DNA from: Schizochytrium sp. TIO01
Lineage: Eukaryota > Protista > Bigyra: Labyrinthulomycetes
Length of the DNA stretch: 64,000 nt
Assembly: GCA_004764695.1 (NCBI GenBank)
Contig: SMSO01000032.1
Coordinates: forward strand, 372,001-436,000
Direction: 5' to 3'
The notes below the pieces were generated by a model, which saw only the letters and a program-made list of their open reading frames with translations, had not been told where the DNA came from and made no database searches. A program made the position numbers and the translations under genes. This document shows positions 12,158 through 24,560 of this stretch, one piece after another. Numbering within the stretch: the stretch's first letter is position 1; the number at the start of each line of letters is the position of its first letter.

Positions 12158-13668
12158 CTTGTAGAAAGGTTGTAGCAATACCTAGAAGTAGTATTCAGAG
12201 AATCGTTTATAGTACTTCCCCAAATGAGAGATGAATCCCCATTGGGCCAAGCTCTCAGCCAGTGAGTTGCCTCTGAATGATGTGCAAAGCTATGGCTATT
12301 TACTATCCTCTTCCAATCCATCGTGAGTTGCTTCTAGCTAGATATTCGAAAGGACAACTAAATCTGAGCCACTATCTGGCGCATGGAATGAATACTTCAC
12401 AGCCCGAGGGCCACTTGCTTGTTTGCACATGGGTAGACAAGAAGAAGTACTCTCTATCGCCACTTCCTCTGGACAAATCGAGGAGCTTTCAAGGCAGTAG
12501 TACTAGTTTTGCCCTATTTGCATATCGTGCGATAACTCTTCAGCCAGAACCATATTCGGCCAGGCGCGGCGCGTGCACGATAAAGTGGAAGATCATCGTG
12601 TTTTGGATCTTCTCCTTCCTCCTTCAAAGTTTCAACTATTGTATTTAGAAGTACCTATGTCGGCACCTAAGACTCAGATTGGGCTGAGGCTGCTCTTAAG
12701 TTTTGTGGGTAGGTATATAGATAGCTAGGTAGTTGCAATGGCTTTCTAATAAGTTATATTCTTTTCCTTTTCATAGTAGAAAGCGAGTGAGAAAGCAATG
12801 AAGAGTAGCTATCTATGCACAGTACCTACCTGTGTATGTGTCAAAACCTTCCTCACGTTTCCTGTCAGTCTACAGACCATGTCTGCGTTTTCGCGGGAAG
12901 TACAATGGCTTTCAAAGGAGCAAGTCATATTTCTTTTTTCTTACTATTGCAATTATAGTAACTATGTTTTAAAATATTAAATTAAAATGTTTTAAAGAAG
13001 TTTTTACAAAAAGAAATTAGATGTTGCAATGTGAATGTTAATCCACTTCAGAAATATGAAGAAACGTGAATAGCGATCCTTGCACATCGCCGTCTAAGAC
13101 GAATACCAAGCTGCACACCTGCAAATGTGACAATATCGCTTACTCACCCTCCACGTCCACGCCTGCTGCCGAAGCTCCGGAATTGGTGCTCTGTTTGTAC
13201 TACCTAATTTTCTTGGGTATTTATATCTGCCTCTTATAAAGGCACAGGAAATTGTTTAACCGGGGTATTTACACGTAGGCCTGTGAGCGCTGGCTCATCG
13301 TACGTAGAGATTGTTGTGGCTTCAGTCTGCTTCTCTTCAGACTCTGTCTGTCTACTTTTTTATGCTAGTCACCTCTTCTCCACTCACTAGCGTACGAGAG
13401 TACTTCCCGATCCCCCTGCCTTGAGCTCCGTGCCGCACTGCACTTTTTGCAGTTCTAGTACTAGATGGAGTATATCTCGCGATTAATTCTATAAAGCTCA
13501 TCTTTTAATCTATCCCATCTCTTGCAAAACGCGACTCTTGCTCGTCAAAACATGTCCTGATCGATTTATGATGATGTGCAAGCATCGCATGAATGTGTTG
13601 AGCAGTGGCAAGTGCTGCTGCCTCTCTCTTTCTACATCGGCAGCAATGGATTCAATTTTTAATAGACT

Positions 13669-13703
13669 AATTTAAAATTAAAATTAAAATTAAAGGTAAA
13701 GGT
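13669..13703 (+). repeat. (TTAAAA)n-type AT-rich short tandem repeat
   Basis: aatttaaaattaaaattaaaattaaaggtaaaggt. Confidence 0.7.
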
Positions 13704-16700
13704 GAATAACTTTGATAATGAGGAATAATAATAGTAACAAGAAGCCTTTTCTTTTTCCTTTTTTAAAATAAAATTAATCAAAGCCGCTTCTGCAGCCCCA
13801 TTTACTACTATCCCATAGAATCTCTTTGCAAAAGGTATAAAAGGAAAAGCAACTAAGATAAGAACTTGGACTTTTACCAAGTTTTCCAATTCTTTCCTCG
13901 TCTCGTGATGTGGGCGAGCTGTAGCAATCAAATAGAGGACGCTAAGAGCATCAGATTAGAATCAGATTTGCTGGAGCAAGGTTCAAAGCAAGGGAAGTAC
14001 CCGGCTCTACTTTTACTTCGGCTCTACTTGTACTTCATATCACAGGCTGAAGGTATGAGTATTGCTAATGGCAGCAGATGTGTTTACAGCTAGTAGTGCC
14101 TTATTGCAGAGCAAAAATACCCACTTTCAACAACTTTCTTTGAGCCATTGACATTACACTTCAGACTTTCTCTAAAATTAATGAATCTTTTAGTATTTTT
14201 AGTGTAGAAATACACCGCTGTGACCAGAAATTAATTGGCTGTCGTGTAGCACCCTTTTACAGCCAAGAAGTTGGCGCGGTGTACTAGTACATTCGGAGCG
14301 AGATGAAGTAATAGATCAACATCCAAGTGATTGAGGTGGAGTTGCTTTCTCAGGACTGTCTCCATAAGAGTGAGTAAAATAGAGCGCAAGCTTAAAGTAG
14401 TGCTTCGCGACGATTCCTCAGTAGTAATAGGCGTCGACAGGGAACCCGTCTTCGAAACTCTACTACATGGTAATTAATACTATCTAGCGTTCGCTTGGAC
14501 GCTCGATCGGAGTCACAGTCGGAAGACCGCGTGCACAACTCAATCCGAGCTTGTACTTCCGCAAAGATGGATCATGACATGATGCGAGTAACCTAACCAA
14601 GGCCCGGTTCCGTGCAGAGTTGCACCTTCTGCTCTAGCTACCTAGGACCAAGAGCTACCATCAGGAGATGATGGAAGGGTAAGTAGAGATTACAGTCTCC
14701 TCAAAATAGCATATTTACCCGCCTATGCTGTGCCTGTGCACCATATTCAAGATGGCCGAAGGTGACTCTTGATGCGAAGCGCATCAGTTTGAAAGTATTT
14801 GAAGCTACATGACATCTCTACGAGTATCTCAACAGCCACGCTCTGACGATTGTCACCCGGCCGAACATCGTGCACGTGCCCATACCTAATCGTATTTGCT
14901 GCTACCTCATACTACCTGCTGAGTTATCTTGAAAATAAAAACATAAAAATCCCATAGGATTGGCAGCTTTAAAAAATAGACTCGAGTGAAATCAGGTTTT
15001 ACTTTGTTGTTTTATGATAGCATTCAGGCCGGAGTTTCGAGGTACTGCATCTTTGTTTAGAAAAACATTAAACCAAAAAATAATACCAGGAGGTAGCAAA
15101 AACATGAAAGGATGTTTGAATAAAAGAAATAGAAAAAATATCGTAAGACTAAAAAATAGGTACTACAAGCGAGTATTTCAAACAATCCGCACGTACTAGT
15201 ATTTGTCTACAATGCAAGTACCCTGGCCTCAATAGAGTCATCTGAAAAGGGTTGCATCGAATAGCATGGTTGCAATCAGATCAAACGCGCTGCCCTTGCA
15301 AACTCAAGCTGTCCAAGATTTTTTTCAATGTGCACTGAATCAAGGTCTGGAAAAACGTTTTGATCTAAGACCAAGATGCGGCATGGTGACTGAAGCCAAT
15401 AATATTTTTCTTAACTATACCTCTGTATCTGCATCTTTATAGAGTCACCCTTCGAATAGTCTTGAGTGCCCCCAGGTTAAGAAACGTTGTGATGAAGAAA
15501 GATCGTCATGACCACCTTGTTTATTTAGCGCATCTTTGCAGTCTCGCGATGGCCAGACTGCACCTTGTTGAATTGGGTCTAACTAATTTATTCCTTTCTC
15601 CCTGAAATTGAAGGATGATATCGAATTGAAGATGAATGCACACATTTGCTTCAGGTGTTATATTCCTCTTCTCAAGACGACAACTAGCTAAGATTGTTGA
15701 TTATATATAGCAGCAAAGGGACATGTTGCGCTTCTTTCAGTTGTATTCGCACATCTTGCAACCCATTAGAAATGAGAAAATGTTGCGGTAGATGTTGTTC
15801 GCCGTTTACAAATTAACGTATGAATGTGCAAAATTGCATTAACAGATACGTGCACACGGAAACAGGGTAATCTGGCTATTGACAATTATTATGGAGCACC
15901 ACTCAGGTGGTTTGCGCCTTGTGCTACCTCTGCTAGACTAAGAACTGCAAGTTTTGTAACGAAATCTATGTATACGCTTCGCTTTATCAAATTTTCTCTG
16001 CGTGAGGGTTTACTCTCTACAACTTCGTAAAATTGACAACAACTGGGTCAACCCACTCTGAGTTGCGCGCTTTCGAAAGAATGAAGCGTTTACCTCAACA
16101 ACCACGATCTATGAAAGCTATAATTGGAATTAAAAAGCCGGTTTTTTCCCAGGCTTTTACTTTCTCTCAGGCCAGTACCTTCTGTCGCGCCATGCACAAA
16201 CCTGAATGTCCTGGACTACTAGTCGTTGTACCTTTACAAAATTGTGATGTTTTTCTCTTTTTGTAAACTTTAATGGAAAGGAATAACAAATTTGCACAAC
16301 TTTCTGTATAGGTCTGATGCGCAACAAATTTTGTTCATTAAAACAAATCTTAGAGTGTTTCTATCATGATGATCCTGAAATAGTAGAATTGTGGTTATTC
16401 TAAAGCCGTGCTTTCGAAAACAACGCTAAACTTAAACTGCGAGGGTTCTGTCACACCTTAAAGTCAGATCAGCAACGGGTCCGCAGAGCTCGCTTGTACA
16501 TCAGTGACTGCTGTGTTTGCTGTCAGCTATTTTTGATGTAACGGGGTATAAATTGTTTTTTCGAAATAACAAAAGGATATAAAAGGGCGCACGCCAATTT
16601 CTGTTCATAACATATGCTCACACATGAAGGTAACTACTATTCATGTCGTGAAACCAGCTCATCTGAGTAACGAATTGATTCCAAGAAGTTCCTAGGAGCA

Positions 16701-18359
16701 GCTTGTTCACTCCTACTCCGAATTAAAATCAGCGTTGTGCAAAGACTTCGATTATCTGGTTTGTATGTGCACAAGGTTTTGCCGATCCTTTACTATTAAT
16801 AGCACATAGCAACTCTTAGATGTTTGGTAAATACCGTATTTATCTCTAATAGAATCATAATGCTTAATTCCCCCTCTTTTCTTCTTCTTTATTTGATAAA
16901 ATAATGACTTGTGTTTTGGATGAAGCTTCTATGCGAGGTATTACAAATAATGGTGCTCACAGCATTCTTTGAGCTTGTATTCTGCGACAAAATCCCTAAA
17001 TAATAATCTTCGTTTACAATCCAGCTTGCGATAGAGAAAAAGATATATGCAAAGCAAAGAGGTGGTGCACTATATATCATGCCTATGGAGGGAAGTGAAG
17101 GCTCAAGGGTTCAAAGACTCATTTCATTGGTCCTCGAAATGCAACGTCCCTGCTTAGGCGAAACCATTTGCTTATCTTCTGTGATTCTATAGACGACAAC
17201 TAGCTCTCGTGTGTGAAGTACCCTAGAGTGTTCGGATTTGCCAGAATATGCACTAGTAGTAGTACACTCAGCGGTCGAGAAGTTGACTTGGCAGCAGCCT
17301 GTGCAGCGGCTTTTCGCATCGCCTCAAGAGTATTAAACCTAACTTTTTGACTCAAAGCAAAAAATGACAACTCAAACTCCAAAGGGTGGTGGCAAAGTAT
17401 ACGGGGTTCTCTGGGGCGAAGCGTAAGTTGATTGGAAACACGATGAAATACCAGTTCACGAGAACCATGATGATCATCATTTAAATGTTGTCTCTTCAGA
17501 AAGATAATCGATTGATCGATTTTCAGAGCGTGCAGACTTCAAAAGAAACTAGTTGGCAGATCTAAATGTAGGCGTGAATTGAGCTGAGGCAAAAGACTTT
17601 TCGCTTGCTGCACGTGCTGTGCAGCAAAACTTGACTTACACGATTACACGTGCTCTTCACAGCCGCCGATAGGTGGAAACTTTCACATCAGTGTCCCAGC
17701 TACCGAACGTGTTTTCTTGAGATCTTGTATCTTGCACATTTCTGTGGAGCAGCCTCGAGATTTAGTCCCTTTCCTGATTTCGCAATTCTTACTTTAAACC
17801 AGAAATCAGACTATTCATTGTGTCTTGGATAAATAAACACTAGACAGCCTGCATGCTCGGAGTTGGCCGCAGTCATAAGATTTCGATCTCACAAAATCAA
17901 AACCGGTCTGAAAGCTCTCAAGAACTAGAGTTAAGTACAGTACGTTAGTTAAAGTACTTCACTTTGGCTCAGTCACGGACCTAGTGGATGCTGGTAGGAA
18001 AATACCTAAGCCGAGTCGTATTGGATACTGTTGAGGTATTAGGACTAGCATTAGCAACAAACAATGAAGATTGTCACAAAGGAACTCGAGTACACACCCT
18101 TGGCTGGGAATGCTCCGGTCTGTAAAAATGGACTCCGCTCCCGCGGTTCGCAATGATCCAGCTTGGGTCACGGTGTAGACAAAAGCAAGTTCAACTGATG
18201 TTCAGGTGTATAGTTGGGCTTTGCGAGTAACAGCGCCACTAAAAGGGCTGACGACTAGGCCAGAAAGCAAGGAGGGCTGTCTTGACGGGAAAACAACAAG
18301 GGCCGTGGAACCTGGTGACCTGAGTCGAGACTCGTGTAAGCCCTTACAAGGACAGAAGC

Positions 18360-19406
18360 ATGTGGAATGATGGTACTCTTGCTATCGTGGACTGCACGCG
18401 GAAGCAGCTGCTTCAGCTCGCGCAACAGGAATCTGAAGACTTGCTAGATGGTGCGGCACGTCAGGGTCAGCTTACGCTTGATCGCGAGAACGATGACCAA
18501 GCTATTGAAGCTGATGATGAAAAAAGCCCAACAAAAACAAGACCTAATAGACCTAGTTTTGCAGACTCCGCCAAAACGACAAGCAAAGCACAGCTTATGG
18601 AGCTTTTTACACAAGCAGAGGGTAAGTGTAATTGGATCCCTATTGAGGCCGCCCACAAGACATCAAGCCGCTACATGGAATTTTTCTTGCCAAACAATGT
18701 CCAGGAGTCAAACATTACTCAACTACCTCGCAAGCGTCAACCAAAACACAAGCCAGAAAAGAAACATCCGTGCGCATTATGTGAGGTAGCTTTTCCAGTG
18801 AGCTCATTACCTGCAACTGTATCAAGACAATCAGTGTATCGCTTGCGCAGTAAATGGGCGAAACAATTTGGCAGCACTGGTTGTGAGCATGTCCAGAAAA
18901 AATATCGATTTCGTCTTTATGATGAGCTTCGAGTTTGCTTATTTTGCTCTCAACTTTTTAATGACTTCAGCTTGGCAGACTCAGGCGACTCATGTCTTTC
19001 TACAAAAACGAACAGCAACCCTCAAGATAGACAAAAAAAGTCGCACTCTCCCAAAACATCCAACACCGTAAAAACCGTGACAGAGCCTATTATTGTGACA
19101 GTTGTAGGCAAGGACCGCCTTGAGGAAATATTTTTTGAAAAATTGGCCACGGGGGAAAAGATTCGAAAGTCCAGTTTCAAAATTGTGCGGGCTACAATTC
19201 CAACACCTCTAAAAGACAATTTAAGTCTCTACGGAAATCGACTTTCCACAGGTCAGCCATCTTCTACTGCTTACTCCCAAAACTCGTGGGGTACATTTTC
19301 CTCTGCGCATCAGCCGACGCCACCCTCGGTGCCCAAATCTATCCGCACACCATCTCCATCACATTCTCGTTCAAAGGCCCACCCTTTATTATCACCTCCA
19401 TCGTGA
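18360..19406 (+). CDS. Hypothetical protein with a putative split zinc-binding domain (CxxC...CxxC)
   Basis: 348-aa ATG-initiated ORF containing CALCEVAFPVSSLP...YDELRVCLFCSQLF, with Ser/Pro-rich flanks. Confidence 0.7.
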   Translation: MWNDGTLAIVDCTRKQLLQLAQQESEDLLDGAARQGQLTLDRENDDQAIEADDEKSPTKTRPNRPSFADSAKTTSKAQLMELFTQAEGKCNWIPIEAAHKTSSRYMEFFLPNNVQESNITQLPRKRQPKHKPEKKHPCALCEVAFPVSSLPATVSRQSVYRLRSKWAKQFGSTGCEHVQKKYRFRLYDELRVCLFCSQLFNDFSLADSGDSCLSTKTNSNPQDRQKKSHSPKTSNTVKTVTEPIIVTVVGKDRLEEIFFEKLATGEKIRKSSFKIVRATIPTPLKDNLSLYGNRLSTGQPSSTAYSQNSWGTFSSAHQPTPPSVPKSIRTPSPSHSRSKAHPLLSPPS

Positions 19407-19856
19407 GAAAGTAAGCTGACTTGTGCTGTAATATTTGATTATTTTCTGTTCTAAAACCATATAATCCAAAAATGTTAATCTTGAGATAGCTTGCTATTTG
19501 TTTCCTTTTCTCTGTAATTCCTCTTCGGTAACGTTTCATTTGCTTTGATCATCTCCGTGAGGTATGTGCTCACTTATACTGAAATATTCTCACAATATAT
19601 GTCAGGAAATCACAACGAGCTTAGTGAATGCTCTATGGTTCATGCAACTAATTAAAATATTCTCGACCAAAACCTGAAGATAGATCTCACCTCTTCAAAA
19701 TTTTGAAAGAGACGTTCCATTTAGAACAAAAAATTCATTATAATATACAAGCAAAAAATTTGCTCAATGTAATTGCAACGATTTAGTATTCTTGTATCAA
19801 ATAATATTACATAAAAAATACTAAGTAGCGACAGTGTCATAGTTACAGGCCCCTGC

Positions 19857-22800
19857 TTAACTATTCAGGGCTGCAATGTAAGTCGTCATAAAATTGTAAA
19901 GACCGGTGCAATGGTTTTTTTGCAAATGTCGTAAGAAATCAATAGTTTCCAGTTCTTTGACGCTGTCTAATCCAGTTCTTTCTGCAAGATCTGCAGCCAA
20001 ACCTGAGAAAGCAGCCCCAGAAGTCATTCCCAATGCATACCCAACATCCCCACGACTCATCCCTACCCGAGTGAAAGCATTCAGAAGACCTCGTTCTTGC
20101 GCGTTTCGAAACAAGAGCGACGAGACAGCATCAGCTTCGTCCTCGGATTGTTTTGGCAATGGTGTATTAAACCACAAAACCTGGCAGTAGTCCCAGATGT
20201 ATGCATTGAAAAGGTCAATTTTATTAGTTCCATTGTTGAAGCCTTGTTTTGAGGCATGCCTTGCACCCGCAGCCTCATTTCCATACTTTGCTTGAATATC
20301 CTCCCGAAGTCTGCTAAAGCCTTGAAGAAAATCTACAAGAACTTGCCCCATTGCTGAAACGCCGACGCAAGAAGGACTCAACAACATTCGATACACAATG
20401 CCGGGTGAAGGCGGTACAATGAATGGCAAGCCATGATCTGAGTGAAGTCGCGCCATTGTACTGAAAACATCCGCAGCGATGACCTGAATATAAGCATGAT
20501 CATCTTCCAGAACTAATCCCATTACCAAAAGCTGGTCAAGAAATCCAATCAATTCAAATAGCACTTTGAAATAATTCACACCTCCAGGCAATGGAACAAA
20601 GCGGTGTTGTAATTGTTTCGATCCATTCGTAGTACTTGTCGAATCGTCTTGCTCTCTTGCACGATCCATATGTGATTCCCAGTCAATCTCTGCCCAGTTT
20701 CGGATCAACTCGTGCAGGCAATTCAGAATATGAGCCTTTGCTTCAATATCTGCAGTTTGGAATACGCGGTGAAGAGGCATTAAGATATCTCGTCGCAGGT
20801 CCTCATAGCTTCGTGGCTGCAGACGAGCAATCAGCCGCAGCAGTGGTAGTGTATGATGAACCCCATTCCAAGTTTCCAAATAGCGGATGACAAAGTTTTC
20901 AAATTCAGGCAGGGTCTGCTGCATAAAATCTGCAAACTCTGCCATTGCAATCATTAAGGTTTCTTGCGAGCTCAGTAGGGCTGAGCGAGCTCGTTCATCA
21001 TTATCTTTGCTATGTCTGGAAAGAGGTCTGCTTGCAGAACCAATGGCACCGCGCCGCAACGAAAAGAAATCTTCTTCGATAAGATATGGAAGTGTTTGAC
21101 GAAGACGCATCACCTGGTCATCGCGAGGCTCGACGCACAAAAGGTATTGAAACATGGTGTCACGTAAGATAGCAGAACATCGATCAGGGAAAACAAGTTT
21201 TCCTTTAGCGAGGGCATTTGCTAATTCCCGTGTCGATCGTACTTCACCAACATTGACTTCATCATCGCGAGTTCTTGACGACAACGCTTCAGGGAGGCCT
21301 TCAACACCTTTAGCATTCAATTCAGCAGCCGTGGGGCGGCCCCGGCGACGTTGGCCTTTGGACCGATCTGGATGGCGTTCCTTCACCGTAGTCCGGGCCA
21401 GGTCTTCTAACTTTTCATTGTTCTGTCTGTCGTAGCTCGCTTCGCGAACACTCTCGCGCGCTCTTGAACGTTCTCGGCGGCTTACAGCTTCAATTGCAGC
21501 ACCCCAAGCCTCATCTGGAGAGCGGAAAAAGCCAAGGCGAGGCCGCGTGAATTTTGCTGGCGCCACACCTAAAAGGTCCGGTGCATATTGAGCATACAGG
21601 TCATTCAAGAGCAGCAACGGCCCAGCATCTTGACCAGTTTCGATTTGATTGCCAATAAGAGAACCTAAGCGTTCGGCTCGAAAGACCGATACATCCTTTC
21701 GCCGTGTAAGCATATATAACAAACGACACAAAATCGCACGAGTACTTTCATAATCAATGTAATGAAATAGCACACCATAACATTTGTGCAAGGCCTCCGT
21801 ACCGGGCCTCGATAGTTTACGATTCACAAGGACTAGCCATTTTAGGGCCAGAGACTTGCATTTCAAGGACATTGATGGGAAAAGCCCAAGAAGCTCTACA
21901 ATGACAGCCTCGTCTACAGGTTCGCGTGGCAAAAGAGATCGTACAAGAACAGCAACTTCAGACTTTTTACAACGTCTGTGTCCTGCGAGCTTAAGGACGC
22001 GTACAAGGTTTTGATTAGAAAGTCCTTGTCCTTGGCTGATGCCCAGTAAGTCATCAAGAAGATTTTCCACATTGACTTCTTCGAAGGCATGTCCTTGTGC
22101 CTGCCGGCCCTCGAGAGCAGTTTCGAGAGTCCCAAGGACGGTGTTGACGGCTTCTTCTGCCTCGGCCTCCTCCAGAGCTAGCTCCTCTTGGCGGCGTGAC
22201 ATCTGTGGTTGTGCTGCTGTTGCTGACCTCTCCTTGCGGACGGTTTCATCAAAGCGTACTGCACTGCGGGGGGCTGTTTGGCGAGGGGAAGAGAGTAGAC
22301 CACCCTGAGTATTTTCATTTTCGAGGTACCTTGCCTCGCCAGTTTCCTCGTCAAGGAGGCCGAGCGACCAGCGGCTCCTCGTTGATTTCCCTGATGTTTG
22401 TCTTCCGCGTGATTGACGAGGAACGTCAGATCCTGCTGGAGTGTAAGCGTTCTCCTGCTCGTCTAATTTATCATTGTCTCTTCTACTGTTGTCACTTCCC
22501 TCTCCTTCACTGCCGCTGTCACCACTGTTAGCTTGCGGGTTCAAGTTTGTGTCAGCATCCTCCTCGTAGCTCTCTTCTGCATAATTATCTCCTTCATCGC
22601 TGCCATATACTTCTTCATTATCAATATCCGCCTCGGCATCGTTTTCTCCTGCACTGCCTCCGCTACTGCCAGGGCTGAGTTGATTTTGGTCTTGGTCCTC
22701 CTGGTCCTGCTCCTCTTCGTCATCATCATCTTCTTCAAGTCCAGCCTGTAGAGTCCTCCGTCGTCGCCGCTTCGCTCCTCGAGCACCACGAGTAGCAGTT

Positions 22801-22931
22801 CTGGTGCGCTTCGCAGTGCTTTTCCTCTGATTTCTCCTTGGCCTCTCTTCGGACGCTAGGGCGTCCAACTGAGACTCAAATCTCGACACTGTGCGGGGAG
22901 CTTGTGGCGTTTCGCCTTCCTCATTTTCCAT
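19857..22931 (-). CDS. CENPI: Centromere protein I (CENP-I/Mis6 family) with a long disordered N-terminal extension
   Basis: LKWLVLV...YGVLFHYIDYESTRAILCRLLYMLTRRKDVSVFR and FVIRYLETWNG match Mis6-family segments. First ATG is at 22931 (MENEE). Confidence 0.8.
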   Translation of the reverse strand: MENEEGETPQAPRTVSRFESQLDALASEERPRRNQRKSTAKRTRTATRGARGAKRRRRRTLQAGLEEDDDDEEEQDQEDQDQNQLSPGSSGGSAGENDAEADIDNEEVYGSDEGDNYAEESYEEDADTNLNPQANSGDSGSEGEGSDNSRRDNDKLDEQENAYTPAGSDVPRQSRGRQTSGKSTRSRWSLGLLDEETGEARYLENENTQGGLLSSPRQTAPRSAVRFDETVRKERSATAAQPQMSRRQEELALEEAEAEEAVNTVLGTLETALEGRQAQGHAFEEVNVENLLDDLLGISQGQGLSNQNLVRVLKLAGHRRCKKSEVAVLVRSLLPREPVDEAVIVELLGLFPSMSLKCKSLALKWLVLVNRKLSRPGTEALHKCYGVLFHYIDYESTRAILCRLLYMLTRRKDVSVFRAERLGSLIGNQIETGQDAGPLLLLNDLYAQYAPDLLGVAPAKFTRPRLGFFRSPDEAWGAAIEAVSRRERSRARESVREASYDRQNNEKLEDLARTTVKERHPDRSKGQRRRGRPTAAELNAKGVEGLPEALSSRTRDDEVNVGEVRSTRELANALAKGKLVFPDRCSAILRDTMFQYLLCVEPRDDQVMRLRQTLPYLIEEDFFSLRRGAIGSASRPLSRHSKDNDERARSALLSSQETLMIAMAEFADFMQQTLPEFENFVIRYLETWNGVHHTLPLLRLIARLQPRSYEDLRRDILMPLHRVFQTADIEAKAHILNCLHELIRNWAEIDWESHMDRAREQDDSTSTTNGSKQLQHRFVPLPGGVNYFKVLFELIGFLDQLLVMGLVLEDDHAYIQVIAADVFSTMARLHSDHGLPFIVPPSPGIVYRMLLSPSCVGVSAMGQVLVDFLQGFSRLREDIQAKYGNEAAGARHASKQGFNNGTNKIDLFNAYIWDYCQVLWFNTPLPKQSEDEADAVSSLLFRNAQERGLLNAFTRVGMSRGDVGYALGMTSGAAFSGLAADLAERTGLDSVKELETIDFLRHLQKNHCTGLYNFMTTYIAALNS

Positions 22932-23768
22932 TATGGTTTGATTTTGCCACGCCTTATGTATACAACCAATACGCACCAAAAGCAGAGGGCGATATCAATT
23001 CTCCAAAGCCAAATCACGCAGATCTGGCACGCAACCACACGTATGTCTGTCAAACGCAAGCTCCTCTTCTGGTTTCTGTGGTCTTCTCTTTGCAGTTCGT
23101 GCGTGGAATTTCACTTGCCAACTGTCGCTTCAAGTGCCTGCAAAGGAACTCTTCGTAGAAACCTGATTGTTAGCTGCCTGTACGCCACGGCTGCCGACCC
23201 CCCTTGGGGCCTTCTCTCCGTGGCCTCGAAGGCCCTTGCGCTTACGCAACTCGCGCGATTGCTTCCCGATGCGGTTTTGTTTGCTTTTGAATTTTTGCCC
23301 AACACCATTCCGTAGTTAAGATAACTTTTCTCTTCCGTAACTAATAGGTAACCTACTACTACTGGTGTCTACTATTACATCAATATAAATAATAAATATG
23401 ATGTCGCTGTATAGACCTCCGGATAAACCTCTCTCTTTCGGTAATTCTTAATGACCTACTTTTGGAGTTACGGCATAACCATAATTTTTAAAATCCCCTC
23501 CCGGATGAACTTACTCCTCAAATTTACATATAGTGCCTTGTTGACGGCAAAAATTATATTCACCCATTTGCCCGATGTACACGTTAACCTTATGAGAAAT
23601 ATGGGGTATATTGCAACTTTGCTTGGCGCCCAGACGAGCGGTGGCAGACGATAAGCAGAGCAGCTGCAGTGCTTTAGCAGCAGCGACAGGCATCGCCAGC
23701 GGCATCGCCCTCGCCCTCCGTGGGACCTCCTTTCGTCGGCGCGCTTGTATTTTCGTCTGGCCTGCATC

Positions 23769-24560
23769 ATGTTTTTCTCCTCTTCTCTCCGCCCCTCCTC
23801 TCTGCGCGCTTCGCTCCGCGTCGCGTCTTCGTCTTCATCCCGCGCAGCATCCTCCTCTTCTTCTGCTGCCGGCCCCGCACCCTCCGGTCCTCGCGCGCGC
23901 ACCTCTGGTGGACCTCGCCGTCCGCAGTCGCCTCGCCGTCCGCAGCCTGGCCGCCCCCGCCCTCTCGTGCACCCCCAACTTGGCCTGCGCCCGGACAACT
24001 GGCTCAATGTGCAAGTTGGACCTCGCCCCAACGCAGGTCTGGTGCCTTTGGACATGCGCGAGGAGCTCTACCGTCTGCACAAGTCGGACCCTAACGGCAA
24101 GGGTGACTTGAACCGTATCTCGGCTCTTACAGGACTTCCTATCCCCAAGATCCAGGGCATTATTAAGCTGCGCCAGTTTGAGAAGGACTACGAGCGCGAT
24201 GTCCTCGGAGGTGCTCCTCTTGACCAGACGCAGGACCAGGAATTCCGCAACTTGTTTGGCGAGAAGCGTTCGTGGAAGGACGATGACGCAGCTGCCGGTG
24301 GTAAGGGAGCTGACATGGGTATCGAGTATGAGTTCTACCGTGAAGGAGAGGTTCCTCCTGAAAACAGTGTTGCGCAGAACGCTCAGGGGTCTGCCAAACC
24401 GGAACCGTGGCGGGTTGTGGACCACGAGGAAATCCTTGGCAAAGAGGTCAAGAAGACCAACAAGTTCAGGTTCAGAAAGGTGGAGTCCAAGCCCGCACAC
24501 TTGAGGGGATCTCGCAGCCTCAAGAAGAAGGGACCCATCAGAGCGCCGGCAATTCACTAA
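23769..24560 (+). CDS. Mitochondrial small-subunit ribosomal protein mS45/Bot1p-like
   Basis: The Ser/Arg/Ala-rich N-terminus (MFFSSSLRPSSLRASLR) resembles a mitochondrial presequence. PLDMREELYRLHKSDP...RISALTGLPIPKIQGIIKLRQFEK resembles the Bot1p helical domain. Codon usage is strongly biased. Confidence 0.65.
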   Translation: MFFSSSLRPSSLRASLRVASSSSSRAASSSSSAAGPAPSGPRARTSGGPRRPQSPRRPQPGRPRPLVHPQLGLRPDNWLNVQVGPRPNAGLVPLDMREELYRLHKSDPNGKGDLNRISALTGLPIPKIQGIIKLRQFEKDYERDVLGGAPLDQTQDQEFRNLFGEKRSWKDDDAAAGGKGADMGIEYEFYREGEVPPENSVAQNAQGSAKPEPWRVVDHEEILGKEVKKTNKFRFRKVESKPAHLRGSRSLKKKGPIRAPAIH

